Source of the DNA: Eledone cirrhosa
Taxonomy: Eukaryota
DNA: 64,000 nt
NCBI GenBank assembly: GCA_964016885.1
Contig: OZ024742.1
Location: forward strand, 255,564,001 to 255,628,000
Direction: 5' to 3'
Part shown: positions 27,623 to 41,410 of the stretch, piece after piece
Layout: each line of letters begins with the position of its first letter
How positions within the stretch are numbered: the first letter of the stretch is position 1
Made by a program: the position numbers and the translations under genes
The notes under the pieces: generated by a model
What the model saw: only the letters and a program-made list of their open reading frames with translations
Databases searched by the model: none
Told to the model about the DNA's origin: nothing

Positions 27623-28535
27623 TCCGCTGCTCACGTTCATGTTATCAATTATTAGTTGCATATATTTTGTGAACATTAAATCCTCGTTCAATACGTTAAA
27701 AGAAATGCGTTAGGCAATTCTTAACAGAACTAGTGTGAGGTCGATATTGACCCAATGCAAAATTGATGATTTTTAAAGTATCAATGATTTATCTGTAATA
27801 TCTTTTCTTGCACTGATCGACCGTCCAAAACTCTCAGTGCAGAAAGAATACGCCGGATGAACCAGAACATTGAATTATTTAGAATCTGTCAATTAATATC
27901 CTAATAACCTCCGTCTCTGGAAAAAGTCTCAGTTGAGTAATCTACAGGATATTATCACTGTGAGACAGCAAGAGATGGTTGGACGCGTGCTATATCTGTT
28001 CTCAAAGGGAGGAGCGCTGGCTTCTTTCGAATAGAAATCAAAAGTGGTGTAGGAAACAAAGCAGACACTTGCGGTTACAGTTGTGGTCTTCGGAAGAAGA
28101 TCTAGCAGATATGGTCATGGCCTCGGATGAGGTACGTAACAAGGCTTGCGCACGTGTATCTAGGCGACCTCCTAACACCCCAATGCTCCATATGGATCAA
28201 CTGGAATTAAAGTAGAAGAAAAAAGTTTTCTTCTGTTTATGAAGTGATATTTAACGTTTCATGTACCATGTTTACTCATGTATGAATATCTTACTTCATG
28301 TCTAGCTATGTGTTTTGTTAAAAATACGAATTGTATCACGACGATACTGATTAGAAAATATGTTGTTTTGATAGTACCAAGACCTAAACCACTTCTTGTT
28401 CTATAACCTGAGAAATAAATACGTAGATGTACTCGTATCCGCGAACTGCGCAACTTCATATTCGTTAATTCACGAACTTGAAGTTTAGTTGATCGAATAG
28501 CTGAATGCTCATCATCGAAAATGATGGAACATCCA

Positions 28536-28584
<49 letters not shown>

Positions 28585-28984
28585 ATCAAAAGATGGTTAA
28601 AGGAGTTCCATGTATTTTATTATGCGCATTTCAAAAACAAACATCATCATGCAATAATATTTGTGTTTTATATATATATATAGGTGAGTAAGCCACCAAC
28701 GCCGGAAAACCCTCGAAGTAAACAATCACCATTAATAACTTTTAGTATATTAATATACAGATTATTTATCACATAAACCCACAAAAGAAACATTTACACT
28801 GATATGTGCCTCACCACACACAAAGACACACACACAAATGCATCCCCCCCCCCCACATATATATAATACACATTTCTAAATATTGGTTTGTGTGTATGTC
28901 TGTTTTTGCCAATCTCTCATTTTTATGTGATAATCATTTGTTCTGCCTCACATGGGATTTCACTTATCAATTGTACTCTCTCGA

Positions 28985-29140
28985 TTAGGCGCCGAATTGG
29001 CAGAGTTGTTAGAACGTCGGTTACAATGCTTTGCGGTATTCGTTTCGTTTCTCTGCTCACTGAGTTAAAATCAGGTTGAAGTCAACTTTGCCTTTCATCC
29101 ATTCAAGGTCAATAAAAAGTACGAATGAAGTACTGAAATC
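28985..29140 (+). mobile_element. Diverged family A-related SINE
   Basis: GAATTGGCAGAGTTGTTAGA...GAGTTAAAATC...GTCAACTTTGCCTTTCATCC. Confidence 0.65.
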
Positions 29141-30229
29141 AATTCTTCATCTATATCTCTTTGTCGCTTCAGTTCTCTCATTCTCTATCCGTCTCTGGAA
29201 GAAATCTGCTGTACTCAGACCAGGAAAGGGATGGGCGCTGTAAGGTTAAAAAATGCTCTAGAAATGCCGTATATCAATACGACCCCTCCCCCACCGCACC
29301 AGGAGTTACGGGACTATGCAATACACTATTTCCTCTATTATTATCTATTTCCTATTTACACCCCTACTTTTTCTCACACTACTCCCTTTTGTTAGATGCT
29401 CTGCTGTTCTGTTGTTATCATTATGAACTCTCTCACTTGCTATTATCTTTTCCATTGTTATCTTACTCCCTCTCTCAATAGTTTGGAAAACATTCTTTAT
29501 TCCCTACTTGTTATATGTCAGACTCTGTGTTTGTTGCCCGTCTAGCTGAACAACACAGGCTCTTGAATCAATAGGTTTCGACCTACTGCGATTGACACTT
29601 CTTGCATTCTGGGTACCCGAACGACTTCCTTACTCGTTGCTATCGGGACGGAATAAACTATCTGTAGGAGTGAGTCTTGCGAGTGAGAATGGCTCCCTTC
29701 TCGCTACCCTCCGGGGTAACACTTTCTCTATTCTGAATACTGAGACAAGGAGACAACATATGCTTAGAGTTCTGCTCATTGGAGAGTCTGAGCCGACTAA
29801 CGGAGTATGAGTTGGGATCGACAACGTTTCATCGACTGATTCGTGCTGTCACCATTGGCCCTTATATACATACATACATACAGCATTGCTTCCATAATCA
29901 ATCGGATGTACATCAAGTTATTACATAAAATAACAGACATTATATATATATATGTAAGTAGGTATGTATGTAAATATGTATATTTGTCCGGGGGATATAC
30001 AGGTGTGCGTAAAACATATTATCTCACACGTACACCATCCATACACATCCACGTATTAAACGGTATAATGTAACGCATTATTTACAATTCCCATTCAACT
30101 AACGGTTTTGTAGCTAATTCTTTGGCTAGGTGTGAAGGATGGGGTTGTGCTAATGACTTCTGCTGGTCCTTCGAGATTGATGAGATTGAAGCTGCTGAGG
30201 ATTAGTTTAAAATTCTGTGAGTCGACTCC

Positions 30230-30720
30230 TTTATTAAAGAACATGTGCAGGGGAAAAATTCCAGGGGGATAAGGGTTTGTGGAGGAACGACTAGGACTAA
30301 GGGTTTAGCACAAATCCTGTGGGGTTGGTGGAAATATGGGCGATGAAAGAAGAGTGGAGGGAGACAGGACTGCTTGAGTGAAGGCGGCATGAGGTCAGTT
30401 AGTTCCAAGAAGCAGATGCTATCGAAGAAGACGTAGAAATGTGGATCAGTGGCTGAAGTCTGTCTATCAGTGACACTTTTTTGGAGATGAGGTCTAGTAT
30501 GTAAATGTGGCACAGCTCCATTGTAGATATGGGAGAACGACACCATTGGAGATCTTATCTGAATATTGTCAGAAGTATATTCTGCTTTTGGAAGAAGGGC
30601 TGGTCTGTTAGATGCAGGTCTAGCAATGTTTTTGAACGTGAGGCTTAGCATGTAAACCGAACTCGAGTGCTCTTCTAATTTCATCATATTTAAAGGTGAT
30701 GTGGTACAGTGATGTTTTAG
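30230..30720 (-). pseudogene. Highly decayed LINE ORF2 C-terminal remnant (CR1/L2/Jockey group)
   Basis: QIRSPMVSFSHIYNGA and FYVFFDSICFLELTDLMPP resemble the QIRPxMEYCSHIWxGA...FYRYFxGxCSxEL..LMPP pattern. Confidence 0.45.
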
Positions 30721-31066
30721 AACAATATACATACAATGAACGAAGGAAATGATAAGAGAAAATGAAACATATCTTACACTGATTTAATTTTAGTCCTTCA
30801 GCTGGTCATGAAGGGCCAACGTCTTAATAAGTTTCGGTGATCATATCGATGCAAACACATTTTAATCTATTACTTATTATCGATTTTTATTTCCCGAACT
30901 ATGGAACAAAACTAACCCCCCCCCCCCCCCCCAAACACACACACACTAAATACGAACGTTTTTCAAATAATATGTTATAACAGATTTCCAATTATTATTT
31001 ACAAAGAAAATTTTCCACCGAATCATCTCTTGCACGAATAAATCAGGCATTACTAGTGGTATATAC

Positions 31067-31437
31067 AATATTAATATATAAGGGAACAAAGAACCAGTGT
31101 TGCATCATATATATATATTTAATTACTTATTACATATGTTTCACTGTCGATAAGCTTGAGCCTTACTCTGGAATCGGTAGCTTCTCGGATATGTTTAAAC
31201 ACGCAGACTCGCGTCTATATGTTAAAACATTCCAGAGTCAGGTTCGAATATGAATAGATCGTTCCTCGAGCTGATCGACAGTGAAACATATGTAATATGT
31301 AATTAAATATAATATATTATACACCACTGATTCTTTTCCTCTTATATATTAATATTATTGATACTCTGCTCCCCAAGAGCATCGAGTACTCATTCGGCAT
31401 ACCCCCCGGGACGAAATTAATTTGCACCTTGATACCT
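31067..31437 (+). mobile_element. Palindromic PLE-end element (arms 31067-~31160 and ~31267-31356, tail to 31437) with the HHR 3' half in both arms
   Basis: Arm ...TCGACAGT-GAAAC-ATAT-GTA-ATA...; tail contains GAGTACTC; ends at (TA)n. Confidence 0.75.
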
Positions 31438-31505
31438 ATATATATATTAGAAAAGAGGTTCTTTTATAAAAAGAAAATAAACTAGGTGTCCTACAGCAGT
31501 GAAAG

Positions 31506-31899
<394 letters not shown>

Positions 31900-32002
31900 C
31901 GAATGTATATATAGTGCATTTGGCAATACACTGTATGCTTAATTAAAAACATTTTGAAGACCTTACGCTATTGCTTTAAAGTAGTGACTATGTCACTTAC
32001 TT

Positions 32003-32050
<48 letters not shown>

Positions 32051-32134
32051 AAGTACGTGACATAGTTTATGTATATATCTATATATATATATATAGTAGT
32101 TAATATGAAGCTTTGTGAGATATTTAATAAATGA

Positions 32135-32450
32135 TTAAATTATTGATAAGCATTCAAGAATCCCGGTACATATTGTAGAAACATGTAATGGGCAAAGGAT
32201 GAAAAATAAAATAAAACAAAGTAATGTTTCTCTTACCCACCATATTTCAACATAATATTCCTGGGTTAATACATATTTTGCATTCATTTGCTTTGTATTT
32301 GAAAAGAGGATATTAGCTCTTAAATATTATGTTGAAATAGAGTGGGTAAGAAAAACATTACTTTATTTTGTTTCATTTGTCATCATTTCCCTTTATATAT
32401 TTCTACCACGTTGTATCTGCTTTCTGAAATACTTATCAATCAATGATTAT
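32135..32450. mobile_element. Degenerate palindrome homologous to the 3' end of the PLE at 62015-62140
   Basis: Arm AAAACAAAGTAATGTTTCTCTTACCCACCATATTTCAACA matches AAAACAAAGTAATGTTTTTCTTGCACACTGTATTTCAACA at ~62090. Confidence 0.7.
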
Positions 32451-32458
32451 ATATATAT

Positions 32459-32624
32459 ATAGGAAATTGTTCAAGACCCCGACGGCAGAGCTCAAGCCGT
32501 TTCGACGGCTATTTCTAGACTAGAAATAGCGGTCTAGAAATAGACGTCGAAATGGCTTGAGCTCTGCCGTCGGGTTATTGAACAATTTCCTATTCACCTG
32601 GTTCCTTACCACACTTCCTTCGTT
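32459..32624 (+). mobile_element. Family P1 palindromic PLE-end element
   Basis: Arms ATAGGAAATTGTTCAA.ACCC.GACGGCAGAGCTCAAGCC.TTTCGAC; tail CTGGTTCCTTACCACACTTCCTTCGTT; (TA)n on both sides. Confidence 0.85.
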
Positions 32625-32809
32625 ATATATATATATAACCACTGTCAAACAATGAAGTAACTTTGTGTATCATTTAGTGGGAAAGTGACCAGCTCAAATA
32701 ATTCCAGACTTGTTGCTTTCCAGCAAGTGTGAATACATGACGACTGACAGACAGATTGATTAGTTTTACGTGAATACGTGAATACGTCACAGGCAGACAG
32801 TTTGACTAG

Positions 32810-32913
32810 TTTTTTTCCGCATGTCCAAATCTTCAGTGAGATCTTCCAGAGACTGTCCCGATTCATGCCCAGATCATTTGCCATCAGTCGAACAGTCAGC
32901 CGACGATCGTTAT
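32810..32913 (-). pseudogene. Mariner transposase helix-turn-helix fragment
   Basis: NDRRLTVRLMANDLGMNRDSLWKI matches the mariner DRRLTVRxIAxxLG motif. Confidence 0.6.
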
Positions 32914-32915
32914 GC

Positions 32916-32983
<68 letters not shown>

Positions 32984-33565
32984 ACACACATACACACATA
33001 CATATATAGTGCATATAAAAAACTAGTCAATCTGTCTGTCTGTGACGCTGACCTTGTCGTCCATCAGTCGTCATGTCTTCATCTTTACAACTCTCGTTAT
33101 TCAATATCACTATCCCAATGGTTATAAAGTCCAACTTCAACGCTATTCTACATTGCCTATTTAATCTCTTTCACAAAGGAAAGGGAAAAAAGCTAATGGA
33201 ATAATCAAATTATATTTGCAGTATTGGCAGCCATTCAAATGTGTTCCTTTCATCTTTTCTTCTATTATATTATATATTATTTTTACTGTCACAAACACAC
33301 ACACACACGCGCACACACACGCACACACACACACACAAACACACACAAACACACACACACTAACACACTCACACGCATTCAGTTACATACAGACACATGT
33401 ATAGATAGATATTGTATCATTTTATTTTACTCTTCATCTAGCCCACGATGTAATTATTGTTTCCAGGAATGTTTAAGGAGAGCGCTTGACAATCAGTTGC
33501 TTCTTTGTTCAGTCTCGCTTCGTGACACCTTACGCAAGTGTCTTGTACTATAGCCAGGGGTTGAA

Positions 33566-33631
33566 CACTGTTTTGTCAGTGATGTTTGGTAGACGGAAGT
33601 TGCAAAATTTCGTCGTATCTGTCTGTGTGTG

Positions 33632-33675
<44 letters not shown>

Positions 33676-33795
33676 AACAAGTATGACCCCAACGGCAGAC
33701 CTCAAGCCGTTTCAACGGCTATTTCTAGAATGAAATAGCCGTCCAGAAATAGCTGTCGAAACGGATTGAGGTCTGCCGTTGGGGTCATACTTGTT

Positions 33796-33851
<56 letters not shown>

Positions 33852-34016
33852 GATACGACGAAATTTTGCTACTTCCGTCTACCAAACATCACTGACAAAA
33901 CAGTGGGGTCATACTTGTCAAACGTCGGGGTCATACTTGTTCCTATTACCCACTATACTACCCTAAGCATTGAGTACTTTGGTGCGTCATGGTCCATCTG
34001 GTTCCTTACCACAATT
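33566..34016 (+). mobile_element. Family P1 palindrome with inverted duplication of flanking DNA, followed by a P1 tail
   Basis: 33566-33905 is an inverted repeat that includes ~100 bp of non-P1 flank; the P1 3' end restarts at ~33904-34012. Confidence 0.85.
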
Positions 34017-35605
34017 CTTTCTGGTCCCCAAGAACAAAGACACCCACTTGGCAAAAAACTACCGACCCATTGCATGCCACAACCTGATGTATAAGATGTA
34101 TACAGCCTGCCTGAACCTATTCCTCCAAGATCACTGTGAAAATAATAACATCATCACAGATGAACAAGCAGCTGGAAAGAAAGGGGTTTGGTGATGTGCT
34201 GAACTACTCCTAATCAACAAAACTGCGATGTCGGAGGTGCGACAACTTAGGAGGAATATGGCTACAGTCTGGCTGGACTACAGGAAAGCTTTCAATTCTG
34301 TTACCCACTCTTGGATGATAGAGGCCCTCCAACTTGCTAAAGTCCCAGACATTATTGTCAGAGCCATAGAGAGGCTGTCTTCTTCTTGGGCTACTATCCT
34401 AAGGTTAAATACAGAGAGGGAGGATTCTATTTTCACTGATAAAATAAAATATTGCAGGGGTATATTTCAGGGGGACAGTCTCTCTGTGATATTATTCACC
34501 TTGTCATTAAGCCCCTTGTCCTTTCTGTTCAAGAAATGTGAGGGATACATCATTGGCTCACAGGAGGACAGAAATACGAACCTAAACCATAATTTCTTTG
34601 TGGACGATCTGAAACTCTATGGCAAGAACATGGATGGGATGAAGAAAAATCTTGACCTGGTTACAACGTTCTCAAAGGAATGGAGTTTGGCCAAGATAAA
34701 TGCTCATACATGACTGTAAAGCGGGGAAAAACAACAACCCAATCTAGCAACATTGTCATCAATGGCCTATCTGTTTCACCGATATCTGATGAGGTCTGCT
34801 ACAGATACCTGGGGATAGATGAGAACATATCCTATAATAGTATCTGTAATAAAGAACGCGAAACCAGGGAATACTACACCCGATTAAGAAAGATCTAGTC
34901 ATCGGAACTCTCTGCGCAAAACAAAACATTGGCTCACAATGTGTTTGCTGTGCCTGTCCTAACACCAACGTTTGGAATACTCAATTGGATGATAGACGAA
35001 ATCCGAGCAGTTGATGTTGGAACTCGGAAAGTACTAAATAACACCGGAAACTTCCACACCAACAGTGACATAGATCGCCGTTACTTGAAACGTTTAGCAA
35101 GGAGGCAGAGGCCTAACATCAGTCCAGACAACATTTGAATGTCGCATCATATCTCTCCGACAACATTTACGAACCTCGAAGCGTAAGAGCCCGTTTCTCG
35201 AGCAAGTCTATCTGCATGAAACAGATAAGATCATGAGAGTTGGGAAGGAACTCGTCGAGAGATATTCCCTGTGTGATAATCAAAATCTCACACCCAGGGA
35301 AGTCGCTCAGCAGTATCGCAGTTAATCCATGGATGAAATACTGCCTGCTTATCAGCAAAAAAAAAATGCATGGATATGTTGCCAGGAAGCTCCAGAGTGA
35401 GAGTAATATAGATAAGGAAAGTAGTCTATCTTGGACCACAACAGCTATATTGGCTCCCAGTTTGAAGGATACGCTTTTGCAATCCAAGAACAGGAGATTA
35501 ACACGAAATACTTGATTCACAGAAGAGATAGGGATGCAGGCAAAACACCTAGATGTGATAATAAGTGCAGACTCTGCCGAACTAACATCGAGGATATCAC
35601 CCATA
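34017..35605 (+). mobile_element. Truncated R4/Dong-clade LINE (second subfamily); inactivated
   Basis: KNYRPIAC, DEQAAGKKG, WLDYRKAF, IFQGDSLS, FFVDDLKLY, YRYLG, SDIDR, QEQEINTK, CRLCRTNIEDITHI; stops and frameshifts. Confidence 0.9.
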
Positions 35606-36277
35606 TATGTATGTATACATGCATATATATACGTATATGCATATGTGCGTGTGTATGTATGACTATATGCGAATGCATGTAATGTGTATGTATATATATG
35701 CATGTATGTATATAAGTGTGTGTTTCCGTATCTGCGTTTATATTTCGTCACGCTTCGACAAAAATGAGATTGATAAAATAACTACCCGATCTGAGAAAAT
35801 ATGTACTGACTTCGATATGATTGACTAAATCAATGCGGTACTCCGGCATGGCCGCAGTCTAATGTCTGAAACAAGTAAAAGAAAGAAAAAACAATAACAC
35901 AAAAAGCATATAAAAATAAAGATAATTATGTAAATAACTAAATAAATATGGTGTGATAAAACAAAACAAAAATAAATTGAAAATGTTGGTTTCGTGGATG
36001 AATGTTCCAGTTGTTTAAGCAACCGAATAGCCTGCTAGTTAAATTAACGTGTAACTTAAAATACCACAGAAATGAGTACCCTGAACAGGCTGCGACATGT
36101 CTGGTCATTTGAATTACAAGTACAGTCCATATTTTATCATAGTGTTAGTAGTGGCAGAACATTCCACAGACTCCTGTATCACCGATGCTGTTCTCAGGAA
36201 GATTCAGCCTGACACACGAGTGACAAAGTTGCCACCTTGTATTACAGGTACATTCAATCTTGTATTATAGCATCCAA

Positions 36278-36467
36278 GGGCGGTGGATTTGCAGTATCGG
36301 TAGAGGGTAGGACGCTATGCTCTAGCATAGAGTTACGGCCCTTGCCATTCTGAGTTCAAATCCCGCCGAGGTTAACTTTGCCTTTCATCCTTACGGGGTC
36401 GATAAAATAAAGTACCAGTAATGCACTGGTTAATTGCTGGCCTTGTGCCAAAATTAGAAACAATTAT
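36278..36467 (+). mobile_element. Near full-length family A SINE with TSD
   Basis: Flanked by ATTATAGCAT(T)CCA duplication. Confidence 0.9.
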
Positions 36468-37921
36468 AGCATTCCATATATACCTGTACTTAAAACGTAA
36501 TTCTCAGAGAGATTCAGCGTAACAAAATGTGTCTCAATGTTTGACCTTTGAATTACAGGCACAACTCATTTTATATTTAATGGAAGCTACATTCATTCAG
36601 CCATATCTTAAAACAAACATATACATATTCGTTTTATACAATCATTCAATGTTAACACCTAGGCACATAATGGTTAAGGTCTTTGGCTTACAGTCGTAAG
36701 GCTGTGTTGTGTCTTTGAGCAGGGCACTTTATTTCAGTTTCCTTCAGTCAACGCAGTTATGGGTAAACCTGCTTGTGAAATGCTCAACGACATGCACATT
36801 AACTTCACGAACAGGCTGCTCCATTGGTCAATCAGCTGGAACACATTTCGTCGGAATCGACGCGCGCGCACGCACACACACACATAGTGGTCGTCATCTC
36901 GAATCTGAGGAAAACCACTTTCTTATCGCAGTTGTCAGCCTGTATCAGAGAGTAGCCTTTCTGCCGTGGCCCTTTAGACCACTACTTAGCCCGATTTTAC
37001 CTTGAAGATTTTATTGCAGGCGTAGAACAAGATTTGAAGAGCGACGCCGTTAACAAGAAGTGTATCCATTGATCTCGAGTAAAATGGAAAGAATTTCAGC
37101 CCAACAGCAAAATTGTATAACTTAAAACACGTAATGTAGGACAGCAATGCAGTAGCATGGTTGATGGAACAGCATGTGTTTGAAAGTCTTGTCCTGTGCT
37201 TTCAACAAGTGCTTTCTGAATGTTGACAAGAACAATTTCGTAAATGTGGTTCGGCTATATAAAGTGCAGGTGAAATCATCTTTAATCCTACTGCAGCTCT
37301 ACAAACACACACACACGCACACACACATACACACGCACACACACACATACACACGCGCGCACACACACACACACACATACACACACACACACACACACAT
37401 ACACACACACATGCCAACCCCCACCCAAATATATATATGTATATTTAATTTATATTATTGCAAGTGTTGCGTTTGTACCCTCTTAATCCATAAACTTGCT
37501 GTAAGCAGGGTTAAGCACCCCAGGGCGGCTGTATATATCGAATTAGGATATGGAATCACTGAGAGTAATAAACGACGGAGTATTAATATACGAATGAACA
37601 TTAAGAGAGTGTTGTGTTATTCCATAATTCAATTTATTAATGTCATGTGTACTTCGAGTGATATCCGCGCTTTGTTACGCCTTCGTAACTTATTCTGATA
37701 GGACTTCTTCTGTTGGCATTTGGCATTTAAGAAAATGTTACACAAAAGAAATTATATAAAATTGTTGATATACTTAAACTTACTTAAATGCAAAATGGTG
37801 TCAGCCTAAGATACGTGCGAGTCTAAGTTATGGTCACGTAACAACGTGTAGACACTGCCAAAATGTGTATAACGGGAATAAATTGAATTATGTAATAGCT
37901 CAGCCCTGTATTAATAATCAT

Positions 37922-37962
<41 letters not shown>

Positions 37963-38222
37963 TACACACACACACACACATACACACACACACACACACA
38001 CATACACACACACACGCACGTAATTACAATTCCCAATCAGACAACAGTATATATGCATATGTATATATATTCTTAGTATTGAATGCTCAACCAGTTAACA
38101 TTTTAAAGTTTTAAATTCTGTTTTGAAAATATATTTCTTTTATTTAATTTTTATTATATAAAAAATATATCTATCTATCACACACACGCATGCACGCACG
38201 CACACACACACACACATGCACG

Positions 38223-38299
<77 letters not shown>

Positions 38300-38401
38300 A
38301 CACACACACACACACACACATACACACACACACACACACACACCCATACACACACATACACACACATACACACAAACACTCTCTCTCTCTGTCTGACTGC
38401 T

Positions 38402-38436
<35 letters not shown>

Positions 38437-39502
38437 TTATATGTATGCCTGTGTCTGTATTTGTGTGTGAGTGTGTGAGTATGTGTGAGTGTGGGAGTGT
38501 GTGTGAGTGTGTGTGTGCTTGGCTCCCTCCCATATACTGAACAGCCTAATTTCCCATAACACTCATCAAGAAATTTACAAAAGGTGCCATTACTGCGTGT
38601 TTTCCAAAAAGAAACTACATTTTTGATTCCCAATGGAATTTCTTAACTAAAAGAGCCATGGCTGTCTTTATTAACGTTACAGCGGATATATTTCTAAATT
38701 GTTTTGTTGTATCTAAATCATCTTGAAGGTGGCAAATTTATAGAGTTGTTAAAAGGTCCGACAGAATATCTTCACTGTATTCGTTTTTTCTCACTACTTC
38801 ATGTGCTGAAACTCCTGGTAGATTTTCAATTTTAATAGATTCAGCGTCATGAAAACTACTAAGTTGTGTATAAAAAACACAGGAGACAGACAAAATTTGT
38901 ACAACGCCGCCCGTGGGAATGCACAAAGATTTCCGTGTCATGAGGCTTATACGCCGTACTTACGAGACAAATTCTCATAGTAGAAAATGTTGATGCTATT
39001 AACATTCAAATCTTCCTGGGGCTCAACCCTTCTAAACATACATTATTTACTAGCTAAAGGATTTATAGTATTCGTTCCAATTCCACCAAGTTCCTTTTTG
39101 AGTAACGTTAAAGAAATATAAACATATAAATATATATGAGAAAATAAATATGAAATGTTTGCGTCCAAAAGCAAATAATCATAATAATAGATGATGACCA
39201 TAAATGGATGTTCAGAAAATGATGTAAAATACTCCTGTATACCGAAAAAGTAGACGGCATCAAACGCCTCGTTTATATATATATAAATACACCCTACCCC
39301 ATATATATATATATATATATACCAAAGTTTTGTAGCTTACTTGAAGCATTGTTTAATAGGAAACACAAATTTAAATTTTTAAGACCAATACAATGAGAGG
39401 GAAACATATTAAATTGTCAAGAAAACAAATTAATCTTACCTTAGCAAATTTAAAGAATCCCAAATATTAAATGGTTTAAAAACCCATTATCAAGGGAGTA
39501 AC

Positions 39503-39562
<60 letters not shown>

Positions 39563-39787
39563 GTAAGTATGTATGTATACGTACATACATATATGTATAC
39601 AGACGTACAGTAGCATGTATATATATATATATATATATACATATATACATACAGGCACACATATATATATGCACGTATCAGTTTCGAACATTTATTATAA
39701 TGTTCGCTTTGTTCGTTTGTAAACAAACGGACAGCCTGATTTCTGATTTACGCCGTACAGTGTTTAGGCAACCACGTCACCTTTTTG

Positions 39788-39834
<47 letters not shown>

Positions 39835-39957
39835 GGAAATCCGCTTGGACTATCTGTTTATTTTGGGATCAGAAACCGCGGTAAAGGCACATATAGTAAG
39901 TACAGAAAAATGTCTTGAAATTTATTTTAAAACTTTTTCTGTATTTGCTTGACCTTG

Positions 39958-40056
<99 letters not shown>

Positions 40057-40099
40057 CTTCAAAATATTAATAAATATAGACATTCATGTGATCAAATAT

Positions 40100-40163
40100 A
40101 TTTTATTATACATTTTTCAGAGGTACTAAGCTATTTCATCAGTACGTCCTCATCAAATAAAAT
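40100..40163 (-). ncRNA. Hammerhead motif (U3 variant) in the 3' pLTR; inverted copy at 43931-43994(+)
   Basis: ATTTTAT-TTGATGA-GGACGTACTGA...TTAGTACCTCT-GAAA-N-ATGT-A-TA-ATAAAAT. Confidence 0.75.
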
Positions 40164-41410
40164 AGATTGATGTCTGACATACCTCAACTGTGCTGATGGT
40201 TCAATTCCAGTCTTGGCAGTGATTAGTTATGACAAAACTCAATATTTATATACCAGAAGTTGTAACATGAAAAACTACATATAATAAAGAGGGTACGTAG
40301 GAAAATGTGTATACAAATATATAATAATAAATATAATAAGTATATATAAATAAGTATATATAAATCAAGTAATAAATATAAATATAAAACTACATAACTG
40401 TTAAAAATTTAAATAATAAAATATGTATACCTCCGTACTATAGAAGGAGCAACTGAGAGAGGGAGAGGGCTAACAGGAGGAGAGAGAGAGAAAAGGAAAG
40501 AGAGATGATAGTAAAAACAAAGAAAGGGAGATATGTATGGTAACATATAATTACATAAGGAGAAGGAGAATCAAGGTATATGATGCGTGACCGTTTTTCT
40601 TCAAATATTAATTTAATTAGATATAATCAATTAGTTAAATAACTTGAAAATTTTAGACTATAATATTTGAAAGAACCTCTATTATTGTATTATATCAAAA
40701 TTAAAACAAATATATAAAGTGAACAAGATAATTTAATATAACTCCAAGGGTAATCAAGAGTATATTTAAATTATTAAATATAGTCAATAATTTAGTTAGA
40801 AAGATTAAAATTAAAAATGTTATTAACTAACCATAAAGCTTATAAATGTAGTAAATATGATATTATTAAACCAGATTTCTTTAGATATAAGCATTTGTAT
40901 AGTTCATATATAAACTATAAGATTTAAATCGATATTTGTCAATTACATATAATATTAATTATTAGTTATAATTACACTTAAGAGTGTTATAACTTTGATT
41001 TAACTGGATTTTACTGTATTCAAAATTATACATCAAGTTAAGTACAGATTATTAATCAATTTACATAAAACGAAACTTTTATACGATAAATGTAAACATT
41101 TAAGACGTAAGACGTAAACAAAGATTTAAAGTAATTAAACGGTTTACAAATCTGAAGACATTACAGGTATCAAATTTATAAGATACAAGATTTAAAAAGT
41201 ACAAAATCAAAACTAAATGTATTTAAACAATCTAGAGATTAACATACTCTATAAGAGAGCAGCTAAACAATTTCTATGGTTAGGTAGAAACCTTATATCC
41301 AATATTAATAATAGCAATAATAATAAAAGCATTACAAGAATTATTAATCAGAGTCAATATCATTTCACACTCGGAATTATTAATAAAAGTCGAAATCATT
41401 TCACGTTTAG

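Noticed and set aside
27830-28200. Possible RTE C-terminal remnant
   Set aside because: Only a vague resemblance; too decayed to call
28615-29920. Further HHR-like fragments on the minus strand (~28615-28658 and ~29815-29920)
   Set aside because: Cores and stems are too degenerate to support without a covariance-model search
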